DNA of 64,000 nt from Octopus vulgaris (taxonomy: Eukaryota), in assembly GCA_951406725.2 (NCBI GenBank), contig OX597817.1, positions 175,646,001 through 175,710,000 on the forward strand, read 5' to 3'. Below the pieces are notes generated by a model that was not told the DNA's origin, searched no databases, and was given only the letters and a program-made list of their open reading frames with translations. A program made the translations under genes and the position numbers. Positions 1 through 14,166 of the stretch are shown one piece after another (position 1 is the stretch's first letter; each line of letters starts with the position of its first letter).

Positions 1-2685
1 CATCAACACATAACAAGGATTTCCCACTGTATATTTAAATTTAAGATGTTTACAATTTACTTCTAAATTAATAATTAGGTCGTTAATTAAATGATGTCAA
101 GTTAATTTTACTCTATCTCGTTCCTTTTATTTTTATCGATTAGAATTATTACTGGATTCAATAAAATGAGAACCACTCAAGTTCTGAAACAGATTTAATC
201 AACCGGTCATCCTTCCTACTCAAATTTCATGACTATGAATCGCTCTACTTAATCCAAAGCGGAGTGTAACCACCATATAGCCCTTACCTTAGCTGAACAC
301 ACTCTGCTTTTTCTTTGCACTCATGCCAGGTCTCCGGTCTGAAGATTTCCTCCTTTCCTTTCCCCCAGTTACGAAATTCTTGGAAAATGCTATGGGTCCT
401 GCCTTTCCTACTCTGAGGAAGTCTAGTCACATAAAAAGAAATCACGCTTTTGAAACCATAGTAGAAACCGTCTTAAACTGACGCTTTCCGACTGATTTAT
501 CTCCTTTGTCATTCTAACAAACTTCTAACAGAATCTTACTCGATATTGAGGAGCCCCTTATCAAAAGACGTGATGGATTCTTTCTTGGTATACCAACAAG
601 GAACGAATGCAAAGTTAAATATTTTAGGATGCATAACAAATTCTGAACACTTTCAAAATCCCTAATATTTTCTGTTATTAGACCATACTCTGAAGTTCAA
701 GTAACAAATAATCTAAGGGTTGCAGTAAAATATTCTTCAAAAACTAAATACTTCCCTAAAACTGAAGAATTTGACCTTAAACATTAACATTGTTGGCTCT
801 ATACTACTCGACTGAAGAATATGCATGCCTATTTTAGGTTAGATTTTCAAACAAGATTTTTGGCAACGGTTCTCAACGAGACACCGATATATGACTGGTT
901 GTTTCAAGGCTACTAATATAAATAATCTTTGTGTTAGAAGGCATTACTCTATCTGAGAGATGTTGCCAGCAGAGCAGAAAAACAAATCCAGATGTCTGAT
1001 GAAAGATATGTATTATATGGATATTTGCAAACACAAGAATACATTAAAATCACAAAAGAGTTTCATCATGTCTACCACCTTTTTTGCAATTTCCATAGTT
1101 TAGTTTTTTGGCTATATCCACACGATGAAATGTTTTACTTCATAAAATGTTTAATAAATAAATCAGTAGTAATATCATGCAGCTGATTTCTAAAAAGAAT
1201 GATATAGTGCTCTACTGGATTACCACCGACTAAAAATTCTAAGCGTTTCGTAATAAGTAAACGAAATTAAATACTTGGATTCTTTTCATCTTTTTCCTTA
1301 TAATGCATTAATTTCAATTTCAAAATTCTAATCACGCCAAATATCAATAAGAAATTATCATTCCTCTTATAATAACTACGTTTACAAAAGGATAGCACGG
1401 AATAATATATATTCTACCGTTATAAAAAATGCAAGTAACAGAAAATATATCAAAGGTTTCGAAATTCACATTGTGGAGTGATTGCTTTAGGCCCTCTGCC
1501 ATTAATACACGTTATCTCTTGGTTGACATTGCTCCAATACGTGGATAGATTGACAAGCAAAGCCAAAAAACATAAGAAGTTTAATGAAAAGCACCAGTAT
1601 TTATTATTGTTGCTTAGTCCCAGGTCAGCTCTGATTATCAAAAGAGCAACTCTATTGTCAAAAGCGTTCCAGCCGTAAACATGCCGTATTTTTTCCCTTT
1701 ATGCAAAGAACCCAGAACTACACTAAAGCATCGATAGTTATTGTCATTTTTGTTTACCACCGAGTTAGTCCCGATCAAGCAGACGAGAAACCATATTGGC
1801 TGGCAAAAAAGTCTTCCATCCATGAACAGCCTGTATTTTTGAATATGCAAAGAACACAGGACTACATTATCTGGCGTGAAATTTGAGAGATTTGGCTGCT
1901 ATTTCCAGATCGATCGTGTGTATGTATTTATTCGTTAATGTTGATTCATTGTTTATGACAAGAATGGAAAAAATATAAACACTAACTATAAATAAATAAA
2001 CAGAATGTATGTTTAAAAATTATAACAACAGCAGAAGCAACAGCAGTAGCAGTCGCAGTAGCAGCAGCAGCAGTGGCAGCAGAAAGGAGAGCATTGTTAA
2101 CGGGCAATAATAATATACATGAACACTCGGTAAAAATCCACGCTCATATTCGTTTGCACTCCGTCATTGCAAGTGTGTTCTTGCACAGCAATTAAACCTT
2201 CTCAGAATCTCCTTATGGTTTTTAATGGCCACCGAATGACAAAAGAACCAAACCGTATTCGGTGCGAGGGGTGGGATAGAAAGTTTGGACTTCAGTATTG
2301 ATCTTAATTATGACTATTACGATGATCATGGTGGTGATAAGAGTGGTAGTGATGGAGATGGCGGTGGTGGTGGTGGTATTAATGTTGACGATTTCGGAGT
2401 TGGGGTGAGAAGTAGGCAGCACGAAAATAAACGCAATTAAATCTTTTCACTGCCAGCAAGACATGTTGGCATTATTAATTCAATGTTTGTTCGATCAACG
2501 AAGACGTCCAGTTCGAAATTAGTTCCTTATTGGGCAACTTTCATTGGTTGATTGGTTGTATCATCGTATGGCCAACGATGTTGACAAGTTCTTTCTTTCT
2601 TTATTTATTTCTTCCTTCTCTTTTCTTCTCTTCTTTCTTTCCTTATTTCTTTCTTCTTCATTTTTGCATACTTACATATACATAT

Positions 2686-2757
<72 letters not shown>

Positions 2758-2974
2758 ATTCAAATTACGATTGACATAAACAAACAAATGAGGTTTGCTT
2801 TAGAAGCGTTGAGATGTCGTAGAAAGTTAAAGAAGTGATTTTAAATTCTCAAATGCAGGATAATGCTAATAATATAGCCTGAACAGAATAAGCTACCCCT
2901 ATTTTGCAGAAAAAAGTGTTGGCGGCCGGCTATGCTACTCCCATATATATTTATTTATATGTATATATATTATT

Positions 2975-3350
2975 ATTTTATTCTTTTATTTGTTTCAGTC
3001 ATTTGTACGGGAGCACAGCCTTTAGTCGAACAAACCTACCAGAGGACTTATTCTTTGTAAGCCTAGTACTTGTTCTGCCAGTCTCTTATTGCCGAAACGC
3101 GAAGTTACGGGGACGTAAACACACCAACATCGGTTATCGCGCGAATGTGGGAGGAAAAACACAGACACACGAACATATACATATATATACGACGGGCTTC
3201 TTTCCGTTTCCATCTATCAAATCCACTCACAAGCCTTTGGTCGGCCGGAGCTATAGTAGAAGACACTTGCTCAAGGTGCCACGCAGTGGGACTGAACTCA
3301 GAGCCATGTGGGTGGTTAGCAAGCTCCTTACCACACACCCACACCTGCAC
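2975..3350 (-). mobile_element. tRNA-derived SINE, family A (internal TA/CA microsatellite)
   Basis: Minus strand reads GGTGCAGGTGTGGGTGTGTGGTAAGGAGCTTGC...GAGTTCAGTCCCACTGCGTGGCACCTTG (A/B-box-like head); the same consensus recurs more than 10 times in the window. Confidence 0.8.
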
Positions 3351-3508
3351 CTATACATACATACATATTTATATATGTATATATATACATTATATATATG
3401 CATATATGTATATAAATATATATGTATATATATATATATATATGTATATGTATGTATATATATGTATATATATATATATATGTATGTATGTATATATATG
3501 TATATATA

Positions 3509-3583
<75 letters not shown>

Positions 3584-3895
3584 ATGTGTATATATATATA
3601 TATACATATACACACACATATATATGTATATATATATATAAAACAATTTAGTTACATGCTAAATAACCACCTAAGTGATATTAAATATCCGAAGAATTTA
3701 CTGGGGTTTTTTTTACCTATATAAATAACAATGTTATGAAATATCGCTCTTAACAAAAAGGTAAATAAAAAAAAATAATCATACAGTTTATCAATATATA
3801 AATATGAATTAGAAATGGAAACCAAGACTATAAATTGAACAATTAAGTAATTTAATCATTAAATGATAAATTCAATTCAATTTTATACTAACAAA

Positions 3896-3980
3896 TTACA
3901 GCTGTTTCAACACCATTAATAAAAACAAGTTTTTAAAGAATAATAAAATACCGTTTAAATATAATGAAATTTCATCAGAT
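3896..3980 (-). ncRNA. Degenerate type I hammerhead ribozyme motif in a PLE-like remnant
   Basis: Minus strand CUGAUGA...GAAA-CAGCUG-UA with palindromic helix III; helix I poorly paired. Confidence 0.45.
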
Positions 3981-4459
3981 AGATATAGATCTCATGAAAG
4001 ATAGCAACTCAACATTTTTGTAACTGCTAACGCTTTTTGAGAGCGAGCTTAATCATAACTAAATAATCTAACTGAAATTTCGTAAACTCGTAAATTTAAA
4101 TCTATTAGTATCTAGTTCTATAACCGATTTTGTTGCATAATACACACATTCATATAGACATATTTATATATGCACACGTACACCTATTCATTTACGTATA
4201 TATACAGACACATACATGTACGTATACATACATGCATATTCACATACACACGTTTACTTATTCATCTATATATACAATATGCATACAAATACAATTTCAT
4301 ATACACATGTATATATGTTTATGGTAAAACATTAGTTTATATATTAATTCAAATCTAAATAAAAGAATTTATAACATAAATCCAACTTACAATTTATTCA
4401 AGTTATAGTTTAAAGAAAATACAGGAGAGATAACTATTTTTCCATTCTAAAAAAACATA

Positions 4460-4850
4460 ACGAAAAACGAAACCATATCGATACGAACAATGAAAAACAA
4501 TTTGAATACAAGAAAACCAAAGTAATACAAATACAAACGAAATGTCCCAAATACGAACAACGAGTCAAAATAACTAATTAAACAAAATAAACACGCTATA
4601 TCTTCATATATACCACATTATTCATTCACTCACATACATATATATATATACATATATATATATACATATATATATCGATACATATAAAGAAAACGAAAAA
4701 CGAAACCGACTGTATAAGAAAATAAGATCTATCCATACATCAAAACCGAAGTAATACCAATAGAAACGAAATGTCACAAATGCGAACATCGAGCCAAACA
4801 ACAAGTTAAACGAAATTATACACGTTATATCATCATGTATATTATATTAT
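4460..4850. repeat. Diverged direct duplication (~160 bp x2) separated by TA-rich spacer
   Basis: AAAAACGAAACC...AAAACC(A/G)AAGTAATAC...AAACGAAATGTC...CACG(C/T)TATATC at ~4460-4620 and ~4695-4850. Confidence 0.6.
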
Positions 4851-4992
4851 GGGTAGCTATGTGGATGCATTAGTATGCACATATATATATATATCTATAC
4901 CTCTTCACATATATGAATAAACAAATAAATAAACACATATACACAGGCATACATATGTACATATATACATATACACACACACACATATACAA

Positions 4993-5059
<67 letters not shown>

Positions 5060-5482
5060 ACTTTATATATAGGGACCTACATATATCTTCATTAAGTTTA
5101 TATTTACATACATCTAGAATGAGGAAATGTTAATTCCTTAAGATCTATTTATAATCTTAATTATACAAGTTTTATATTTGCTTTAGATAATAGTTAAAGT
5201 TATCTGTTGTAATGTATCAATATAGCAGCCTATTAATTATAACAATATTAAAAAATCGTTTATATCTAGTAAATACAGATTTATTTTTATGTAGGCAAGA
5301 ATTATATTTTTCATCCCTCAGATTAAATAACGGAAATTTATATATATACAAATTCCGCCAGGAAATACCGGATAGACCACTTACACCTGGACACATCTCA
5401 TCCAATAACAACTCACTGTTTGAGTGGCCCATAGTGACCCGAAATAATTAACTAAAAGACTTTTCCAGGTTGTGCTATTGAG

Positions 5483-5541
<59 letters not shown>

Positions 5542-5687
5542 CAAAGCAATTAAGATTCAAGTAACTTCCAATGAATTTACTTGAATGTGGTACTTAACTT
5601 AGATGCACCAGAAAAACTATATGGTGTTATCCATACAGTAATGTGGGGTGATTATAAGCGAGAAAGAAGCAACAAGAATGGATTGGT

Positions 5688-5778
5688 TTTTAGTACAATT
5701 GTTTCATACAAAGACAGGCTTTATTACAAGTTGCAAAAATTGCAGCAGATAAAAGTGTCCCGTACTCATCAGCTAAAA
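5688..5778 (-). ncRNA. Type I hammerhead ribozyme (mirror copy)
   Basis: Reverse complement of 6297-6387. Confidence 0.75.
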
Positions 5779-6296
5779 TACATTTGAGTTCTCTAGACAT
5801 CTTAGTGGGTGAGGTTATACTCATGAGATATTGGAGATAGTTTCATTAGAGGCAGATATAGGTTGTAAACAGTTTTCAAAGTTCCTTAATGATGATGCAC
5901 AGTCTTTTCACAGATTTTAAAAAAAACTTATTAGTTTCGAAGAGAAGATGAATCAATCCATAGTGTAGATTTAAATTTTCAGAGATACCACTGGAAATGT
6001 AAATCTTCACTATGGATTAATTCACCTTTTCTGTGAAGCTAATAAGTCTTTAAAAATCTGTGATAAGTCTGTGCATCATCCTCTTGATATCTCTGAAAAT
6101 TTAAATCTACACTATGGATTGATTCATCTTCTCTTCGAAACTAATAAGTTTTTTTAAAAATCTGTGAAAAGACTGTGCATCATCATTAAGGAACTTTGAA
6201 AACTGTTTACAACCTATATCTGCCTCTAATGGAACTATCTCCAATATCTCATGAGTATAACGTCACCCACTAAGATGTCTAGAGAACTCAAATGTA

Positions 6297-6387
6297 TTTT
6301 AGCTGATGAGTACGGGACACTTTTATCTGCTGCAATTTTTGCAACTTGTAATAAAGCCTGTCTTTGTATGAAACAATTGTACTAAAA
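6297..6387 (+). ncRNA. Type I hammerhead ribozyme with long helix II
   Basis: TTTTAG-CTGATGA-GTACGGGACA...TGTCTTTGTAT-GAAA-CAATTG-TA-CTAAAA: helix I TTTTAG/CTAAAA, palindromic helix III, predicted GUA cleavage after 6381. Confidence 0.78.
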
Positions 6388-6415
6388 ACCAATCCATTCT
6401 TGTTGCTTCTTTCTC

Positions 6416-6494
<79 letters not shown>

Positions 6495-6778
6495 TTAACA
6501 AAAATGTACAGGTGTCGATTCATTACGGCCGTTTCAAGCGGCTCCTTTAATTGATTAATGAAAACATTACATTAATGTGAAAGGAACCGTTTTTTATGAT
6601 TTTATGTTTTCGTTTCTCATTGTGTTCAGCGTTCTTTTTTATGCCCTGTACTCTTATATGAATGTATATATACACATATATGTAGGTATGTAGATATATG
6701 TATGTATATATGCATATATTTATATATTATTTATATTATTATGCGATCGAACGCCACGCATCCTTTTCCAAGTAAGTT

Positions 6779-6939
<161 letters not shown>

Positions 6940-8701
6940 AAATCTAGCTAGATAGATAGATATAAGTATGTGTGTATGTGCATGCGTGCGTGCGTGTGTA
7001 TTATACTATGTTATATTATGTTACATTGCAATATATATTTTGTTTTAGTTTTAGTTTCTGGAGAAAATCATACCCTGAAATTTAGAATTGAAGCTCGTAA
7101 AGAATCCACGTAATATTTGTTCTAATCCTTTGCATTCTGAGTTCGAATCTCCATCTTGCTGTAGTTTATCGGAGTGGTAGTACTGACCGATCACCGAGTT
7201 TAACATCATTATCTCGCTCTTCTTTGGGGGCTATTGCGAAGGTTATTCCGTGAAAAGCATTCGGGCCAGTTAAGGGGATAAATTTCTCTCTTTATCCCAC
7301 CAGTTTTTGGGACCCTGGGCCTAACTAAAACGAAAAAAAAAAAATAGAAAGAAAGAGAGAGAGAAAACATTAACTTGGGTCGCATTATAATACTTAGAAT
7401 CATTATTATAATATTTATGAACAAGAGTGTGACCCAACAACTTTAGACGTGTACTTTTGGCACCATGGGTAATATCAGAAAATATGGCATGAATACAATT
7501 AAAATGTAACTTCTATCAAATTTCTTGTTGCTTAAACAAAATGATGAAATGAATACAAATTTTCAAAAGAAAGATATTTCTTACCTTAAAAACATTATTA
7601 AATAAAACAGATTTCTCGCTTGTATATTTGCAGTAAGTATGCTATTTTTCTAAATTTTATCAATGTAATCCAATCACCTCCATTGAAAACCGAGACCGAA
7701 CAAACTTTCATAAAATAATGCATATTTTTCACAATGTTTTAAGACACTCAGTCTGTGCCTCTTATTTTAACCTTTTCTCTTTCTTTCTCTGTCTCTCTTT
7801 CATTCTCTATCCCTCTTTCTCTCTTTCTCTTTCAATACAATAAAAAAGTGACAGGAGACATCAACCAACCAGCCACCCAACCAACCAACCAACTAATCAA
7901 AAAACAAAAATAACACTTATATCAGCTGTTATCAAATAGAGATTAGTTATATAATTTTTTTTTTTTTGAAACATACACATCTACAGTAAGAGGAAACTCG
8001 CCATGGGACGAGCAGACAGCAGGAGAAATCTTCAGGGGAAGAACTCCCGTCAAGAAATTGCCTCGGGCCTTAGTTCCTGAGGCTCTAACGGATCCGGACC
8101 CATCTAGGTGATGATTCCCAGCTAACTCCCTGCTATTCTGAAATGCCACCTTTAGTGGGGATTGAACGCAGAAACTTCGGTTAATCTTATTTCCGTAAAA
8201 AGTTACGTGTATTGCTCGGTCACAAAGATCTCCGCAAGAACTTGCGCTGTGGATCTATTTCAAACTGGGTTTCCCTTCTACTTTCGAGCTCCACATATTG
8301 TCTGTCTTTACCCATAGCTACATTCAACTCTCCTTAGCTGTTTATAACCTGCGTTTTATTGATGTTATCCTTTTTCAACCTTTGATTCCGAGCAAACGTA
8401 GCATTCGGCATATTTCACTACCTGAAATACACGTATATTATATACACATATACTAATTCGTCTACATGTCATAGGACTTGTAATCCATTGCCTCATCGAC
8501 ATAATCTTACTTTCTCAGCGCTAACCATGTAAGTATGGCTAAAGTAAATACTGCAAACAATCGAAGAACTGGTTAATTCTAAAGTCATTAAAATGACGCA
8601 TTGTGGAAGGACCGGGCTGCTTCCCTTCCCTCACTAGTAATAAAGCATTCTGTAGAAGGCGGTTGAATTGTACTAATTACAAGCAACATGCCTTGTGTAT
8701 A

Positions 8702-8743
<42 letters not shown>

Positions 8744-8746
<3 letters not shown>

Positions 8747-8757
8747 CCCTTGTGTGT

Positions 8758-8807
<50 letters not shown>

Positions 8808-8821
8808 ACACACAAGGGGTG
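8744..8821. repeat. Palindrome centred on a (TA)n tract
   Basis: CACCCCTTGTGTGTGTT-(TA)n-AACACACACAAGGGGTG. Confidence 0.85.
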
Positions 8822-9012
8822 CTGAAAAGTTTTGGGCTTTGAGTGAAAGAAAATACAGGAGGATCAGTTAATCATGGTTTATTTCAACATATTCCCTTCT
8901 CTGGTTCACACTTATTGCAGCAGTCCTTCAGTTTTTCCAAGCCCTGTAAAAGAATTCGGAAGATTGGGCCTCCAGTCACGCCTTTCGCAATATCCTCAAA
9001 GCCGGGAACTTT
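8812..9012 (-). mobile_element. Mariner-derived MITE
   Basis: TIR-like CAAGGGGTGCTGAAAAGTT..GGCTTT and AAAGCCGGGAACTTT; minus strand retains mariner C-terminal residues (GLEKLKDCCNKC...GNMLK-like, frameshifted). Confidence 0.65.
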
Positions 9013-9274
9013 GTATATGTGTGGAGAGTGGGTTGCTCGCGCGTGAGGCCATTAGGAACACCGCTACCTTACTCAGCATACAACGTTTCTGTAATTTTTT
9101 AGAGTTACTGCAGCCGCTTCTCTGATCTTGCGTTGATCTCACCAAGGATGGAGGCATGGACTTTCTTTCTTAAGCTTGTTACTCGACTGGTAACAGCATA
9201 CTGTATAATTGCCTTGAATTCGTGATGAACATCATTTAAAATCGAAATACATGACATGAGTTGTGCAATTATCC

Positions 9275-9455
9275 TAGGTGTCCCCTTTGGAGGCGAGCAG
9301 AAAGGGCTGTGGTTTCAGCAGCAAACAATAATTGCTTCTGTTGCCTGCTTATTGGCAGCTTGATAGAAGATGCACCAAATGTATGTCTTTTTCAACTCTT
9401 TAGCATTTTAACCAACCAGATCCATCTTCTCATACCTTTTTATAGTGTTATCCTA

Positions 9456-9493
<38 letters not shown>

Positions 9494-9597
9494 TTGGTGC
9501 ATCTTCTATCAAGCTGCCAATAAGCAGGCAACAGAAGCAATTATTGTTTGCTGCTGAAACCACAGCCCTTTCTGCTCGCCTCCAAAGGGGACACCTA
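9275..9597. repeat. Perfect 110-bp inverted duplication with second arm embedded in (TA)n
   Basis: 9275-9384 equals reverse complement of 9488-9597; the same peptide RCPLWRRAERAVV appears in ORFs on both strands. Confidence 0.92.
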
Positions 9598-10562
9598 TAT
9601 ATATATAATGGAGAAAACTGTTTGTGAATTAGGTATGTAACAGTTACTAAAAGAAAGCAATCATTAAAGGCTTGACCGTCTGGAAATGTTTCTATAAATT
9701 CATGTTGCAAGAAATTTCCTGTACTTTCGATTTCTGAAGTTTATAAAATATTTAAACTACGAGTGTTTCATAAATTTAAATATTCGTTACATTCACTGCA
9801 AAGTAGAATTTAATGTTTAATAAATAATATTAATTTGTTGCAGGCGAAATTTTCCATTTTTATGTGCAACATTCTCTCACTCTCTCTCGCCTCTATTTTC
9901 ATTAATGTTAATTTAAGATATATTCATTTCAATGTTTTCATTTTAAGTTTCAATTCGCTATTTGCAAAGCCCACAAGTTATGCTAAATACGTAGTGCAAA
10001 AAAATATTTATTGAATGAATGCTATTAGACAACATAGCTGTATAACTTTGAGGTTTATGATACGAGGCACAATTTCAAGAACATCAGTTTCCGGAGTTTT
10101 TAAACTGAATATTTTTGATAAAATGAAAATGTTTAATATACCGGTATAATTTGTTTTGTTTTTTTTTAAATTAAGAAGTGATTTTGTTGGTATAGCTGTT
10201 TGAAATGCTACAAGCCTTACAATAATAACTATGATTGCTGCTATTTCTAGCACGCTAAATGTAGTTGGGTTATCTTGAAGTTTGTTTAAATTAGAGATAT
10301 ATTACAGCTACGATAAATTACTGAAAGAAATATTTACTAAGCAAGTGAGATTTTTTATAAATTGAAGTTTTCAGGAAAGTTTACTTCCTGATCTTCCTCT
10401 TGTTGTTGAATATTTCAAGCTCAAAGATTTAAATATTCGGTACAAAGTTAGATTTTAACGAGCTTTTATTTATGCGATTTTTTCATTTCATGTTTATTTC
10501 ATTCATTGTTTGAAATGTTCTTTCTCCTCCTCCTCCTCCTCTTTTCTCTCTCTCTCTCTCTT

Positions 10563-10605
<43 letters not shown>

Positions 10606-11309
10606 CCAGGTTTGATTTCGTTGTTACACAAATATCACATTAGAATTTTGCAATTCAACATAGGGCGTCCAAAAAATATGCGACTGAAAAAGAACATTTA
10701 GCAGCAAATGCATGACAGCAGAGAGAAAAACGGGCAACTGAATCAGATAAAACAATATGTGTTTTTTATGTGCTACTATCAGTTTCATGCACTGAGAACA
10801 TGCCAAACACTGTTTTTTAACACGTCTGGTGTCCTGGTAAAATCGTAACCACACACGCACATACGCACACACATACACACAGTAATAACGAGAACATTTG
10901 GGTGGAAATTCATTAACGCATTCTATGTACGTTTCCGTGAATGGCATGTTTTTGTTGCTGCATTCCCCATCTCACAGGATATTACAAATACGATTTGTAA
11001 TAGCCGTGGATTTTAAGGGTAAACATTATCACATGTATTCTTTTCTTCAGGCAAAAAATTGCATTAGTGTTCTGGTTGTATCGAATGTTTAGTTAAGATA
11101 TATTTACCAATTTATACACGTCAGAAGAGTTTGTGAGTTTTATGGGCGGTTCCTGTGAATATTTTGACTTATGATACAGATAGGTATATACAAGCAATAT
11201 GGAAGTTGGGGTGGGTATTGGTAGTGTTTTATTTTGTATTTAGATTGTTGCAAGTTGGAGTAATTGTTGCAAAAGAGAAGAAACCAATAAAGGATATACA
11301 TATATCCTT

Positions 11310-11472
11310 TCTACTAAAGGCTTCAGACCTGAAATGTTGGAGGAGGGGACTTGTCGATTACACTGGTACTTAATTCGTCGACCCCAAAAAGGATGAAAAG
11401 CAAGGTCGACCTGGGCGGAATTTCAACTCAGAATGTAAAAACGAACCAAATGCCGCTAAGCACTTCGCCCGA
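11310..11472 (-). mobile_element. tRNA-derived SINE family B fragment
   Basis: GGATGAAAAGCAAGGTCGACCTGGGCGGAATTTCAACTCAGAATGT matches the family B core. Confidence 0.65.
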
Positions 11473-12234
11473 TATTTCAGAAACTACTTCCGCTCTGCCC
11501 ATTTCTGGGTAAGAGAGGTCAACCTGTTCGTCACCTCTTCTCAATTCTTATCCATCTGGAGGACGGGACCAAACCTGATCCCGAGCAGTTTAACTGATCC
11601 GTCAGACGACGCTTTCCGACGACATTGATCTGCCTCTGCAGTAATAATAAATAATCCTATATACTATAAGTGTGTTTAATTTGTTCGCTGAACACGGCAG
11701 TGAATTCCCCCTTGTTTTTCAAATTTCCTCCTAAATCACAAAATAAGGCGGGGAAATCTGCCCTAGTTTTCTAATCTTGGTAGTAACACTGTAGCTGGAA
11801 GCAGGATAATAATCTAATTCTACACTTTATCAGATACAAGAATATAAACACACTTTTAAGTACAACACATGCGGAGTAAAAAAGAAACACTACCTTTCAC
11901 CAGTACACCAGGGTCGGCACTGCGTGAACCTAGCGTGCAGCTTCGTGTCTCAGACATGTGAGCAAGCGCACGACCAAACACCGCGTCACTGGAACTGTGA
12001 AGAGCACAGTTCTATACAAGGATTTTTGTACTTTTTTCATAAACTAGGAGATGACTACTGACATTAAGATTAAGGATTATATAATGTGCAAGTATAAAGA
12101 AAAAAGTAAAGAGAAAAGGATTCATTGTATTGAACGTTATCGATAATATCGAGTAGAAATAGGGGCGCTGCTATTCCGCAGTGCCTGTACACGAGCCGCC
12201 ACTGCCCAGAACTTAAGCTTTTAAAAACCTGCTT

Positions 12235-12492
12235 TTATTCTGTCGGTTTCTTATACCGAACCGCTAAGTTACGGGTAATCAAACCAACACCGATTGTTAA
12301 CAAATGCACACACACATAGATGTATACATATACATACGCGACGAGCTTCTTTCAGTTTCCGTCAACCAAATCCACTCAGAAGGCTTTGATCGGCCCGTCG
12401 CTATGGTAGAAAAGACGTGAGCAAGGTTCCACGCGGTGGTATTGAACCCGGAACCATGTACTTGGGAAGCAAACGTCTTACCACACAGCCAC
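12235..12492 (-). mobile_element. SINE family A
   Basis: CCGAACCGCTAAGTTACGGG...TTTCAGTTTCCGTCAACCAAATCCACTC...TTACCACACAGCCA. Confidence 0.75.
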
Positions 12493-13242
12493 TAACTTAT
12501 TTTGCACTTGACAATATAATGAACAGCAATTAATAGCTAATTAATATTTCATCAGTTATCAATTGATAAATTGTTACGAAATAATTCTATAAAACATTTT
12601 TATTTTTAAAAATATTATCATTGCATAAACCATTACATGTGGGTTTTTTGTGATAATTTGTTTATTACAGATAATTAGTAATTATTAGGGAAGCTTCTGT
12701 TGCACTAATCATAATATGGTCTCTCCCCTCCCCACACACTGGTACATCCACATACGCACATACTGCCACACAAACACAAACACACAAACACAAACATATA
12801 CACACATTTTCCAATACTCACACATAATTAGACCAACCAACCAGTAGTCACACAAACCATGCATACACACAGACATACATACACGCATGCATACATACAT
12901 GCACCAACTTCAATACACAGAAACGCTCGCTCTCACACAGATACTCCCTGACACATGCATCATTCATGCATATATATGCATACACCAAATATTTCCAATA
13001 CACACACACACACATACACGAACTCACAATTCGAAATTCTCGCATGTATACATGCACTCACTAACCTCAATACGCACATATAATACACCCCCCCACAGAT
13101 ACACAGAGACACATGCATCCTCTATACACATATACAACCCAACTGCAACTATACACAAACACACACACATATCACACACACACACACACTCACACATACT
13201 CCCACACACAAGCTCTTGAAAATTATTTTGGTGGTTAGATAT

Positions 13243-13892
13243 AGGCGCAGATGTGGCTGTGTGCTAGGGAGTTTGCTTCTGAACCATACGGTTCCTGTTT
13301 CAATCCCGCTGCAAAGCATCTAAAGCAACTATCTCTTACAGTAGTCCCGGGCCTACCGAAGCCATGTGGAGAGATTTGGTAGATGGAAACAGAAAGAAGC
13401 CCGTGTGCATTTATGTATGTGTGTGTGTGTATTTATATGTGTGTGTATCTATAAGTGTGTGTGTATCTGTGTGCGTATCTATGTGTGTGTGTGTATCTAT
13501 ATGAGTGTGTGTATCTATATGTGTGTGTGTATCTATGAGTGTGTGTATCTATTTGTGCGTATGTGTGTGTATCTATATGAGTGTGTGAACTCTGTGTGTG
13601 TGTATCTATATGAGTATGCGCATCTATGTGTGTGTGTATTTATATGTGGGTGTATCTCTGTGTGTGTGTATATGTGTGTTTATGTTTGTCCCCCTCCACC
13701 ACCTCTTTACAATCGGTGTTGGCTTGTTTTTGTCCCCGTAACTTAGCCGTTCGGCAAAAGTGCCCGACAGGAAATGCGCCAAGCTTAAAAGATAAGTGCT
13801 GGTTTCGAGTTGTTCGGTTAAAGACATTAATCAGTGCCCCAGCATGGTGGCAGTCCAATGATTGAAACAGTTCAAACAAAATATAAAAGACA
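13243..13892 (+). mobile_element. SINE family A with expanded internal GT/GTATCT minisatellite
   Basis: GGCGCAGATGTGGCTGTGTG head, CCCCGTAACTTAGCCGTTCGGC body, CAGCATGGTGGCAGTCCAATGATTGAAACA tail. Confidence 0.75.
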
Positions 13893-13910
13893 TTTTGAAT
13901 GTATTGTATG

Positions 13911-13974
<64 letters not shown>

Positions 13975-14091
13975 TACTGTAAATTTAGGGTGAATACTTG
14001 ATAAGTGTAAGCACCTGTATATGCCAGATAGTGGCAGAGGTGAGAGAGAATATATAAAATAAAATTAAAAACAGAACACTAAGGATATCGA

Positions 14092-14166
<75 letters not shown>

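Larger units (their letters stand above)
5539..6416. mobile_element. Foldback non-autonomous PLE-like element between two (TA)n tracts
   Basis: ~330-bp arms 5659-5986 and 6089-6416 are near-perfect reverse complements; each arm carries a hammerhead core. Confidence 0.7.

Noticed and set aside
180-1060. Possible decayed PLE with HHR remnants (CTGAAGA at 812, CTGATGA at 997)
   Set aside because: Too degenerate: no convincing helices or protein motifs
11880-12205. Possible hAT MITE end (GAGCCGCCACTG)
   Set aside because: Only one putative terminus and no TSD or partner TIR visible
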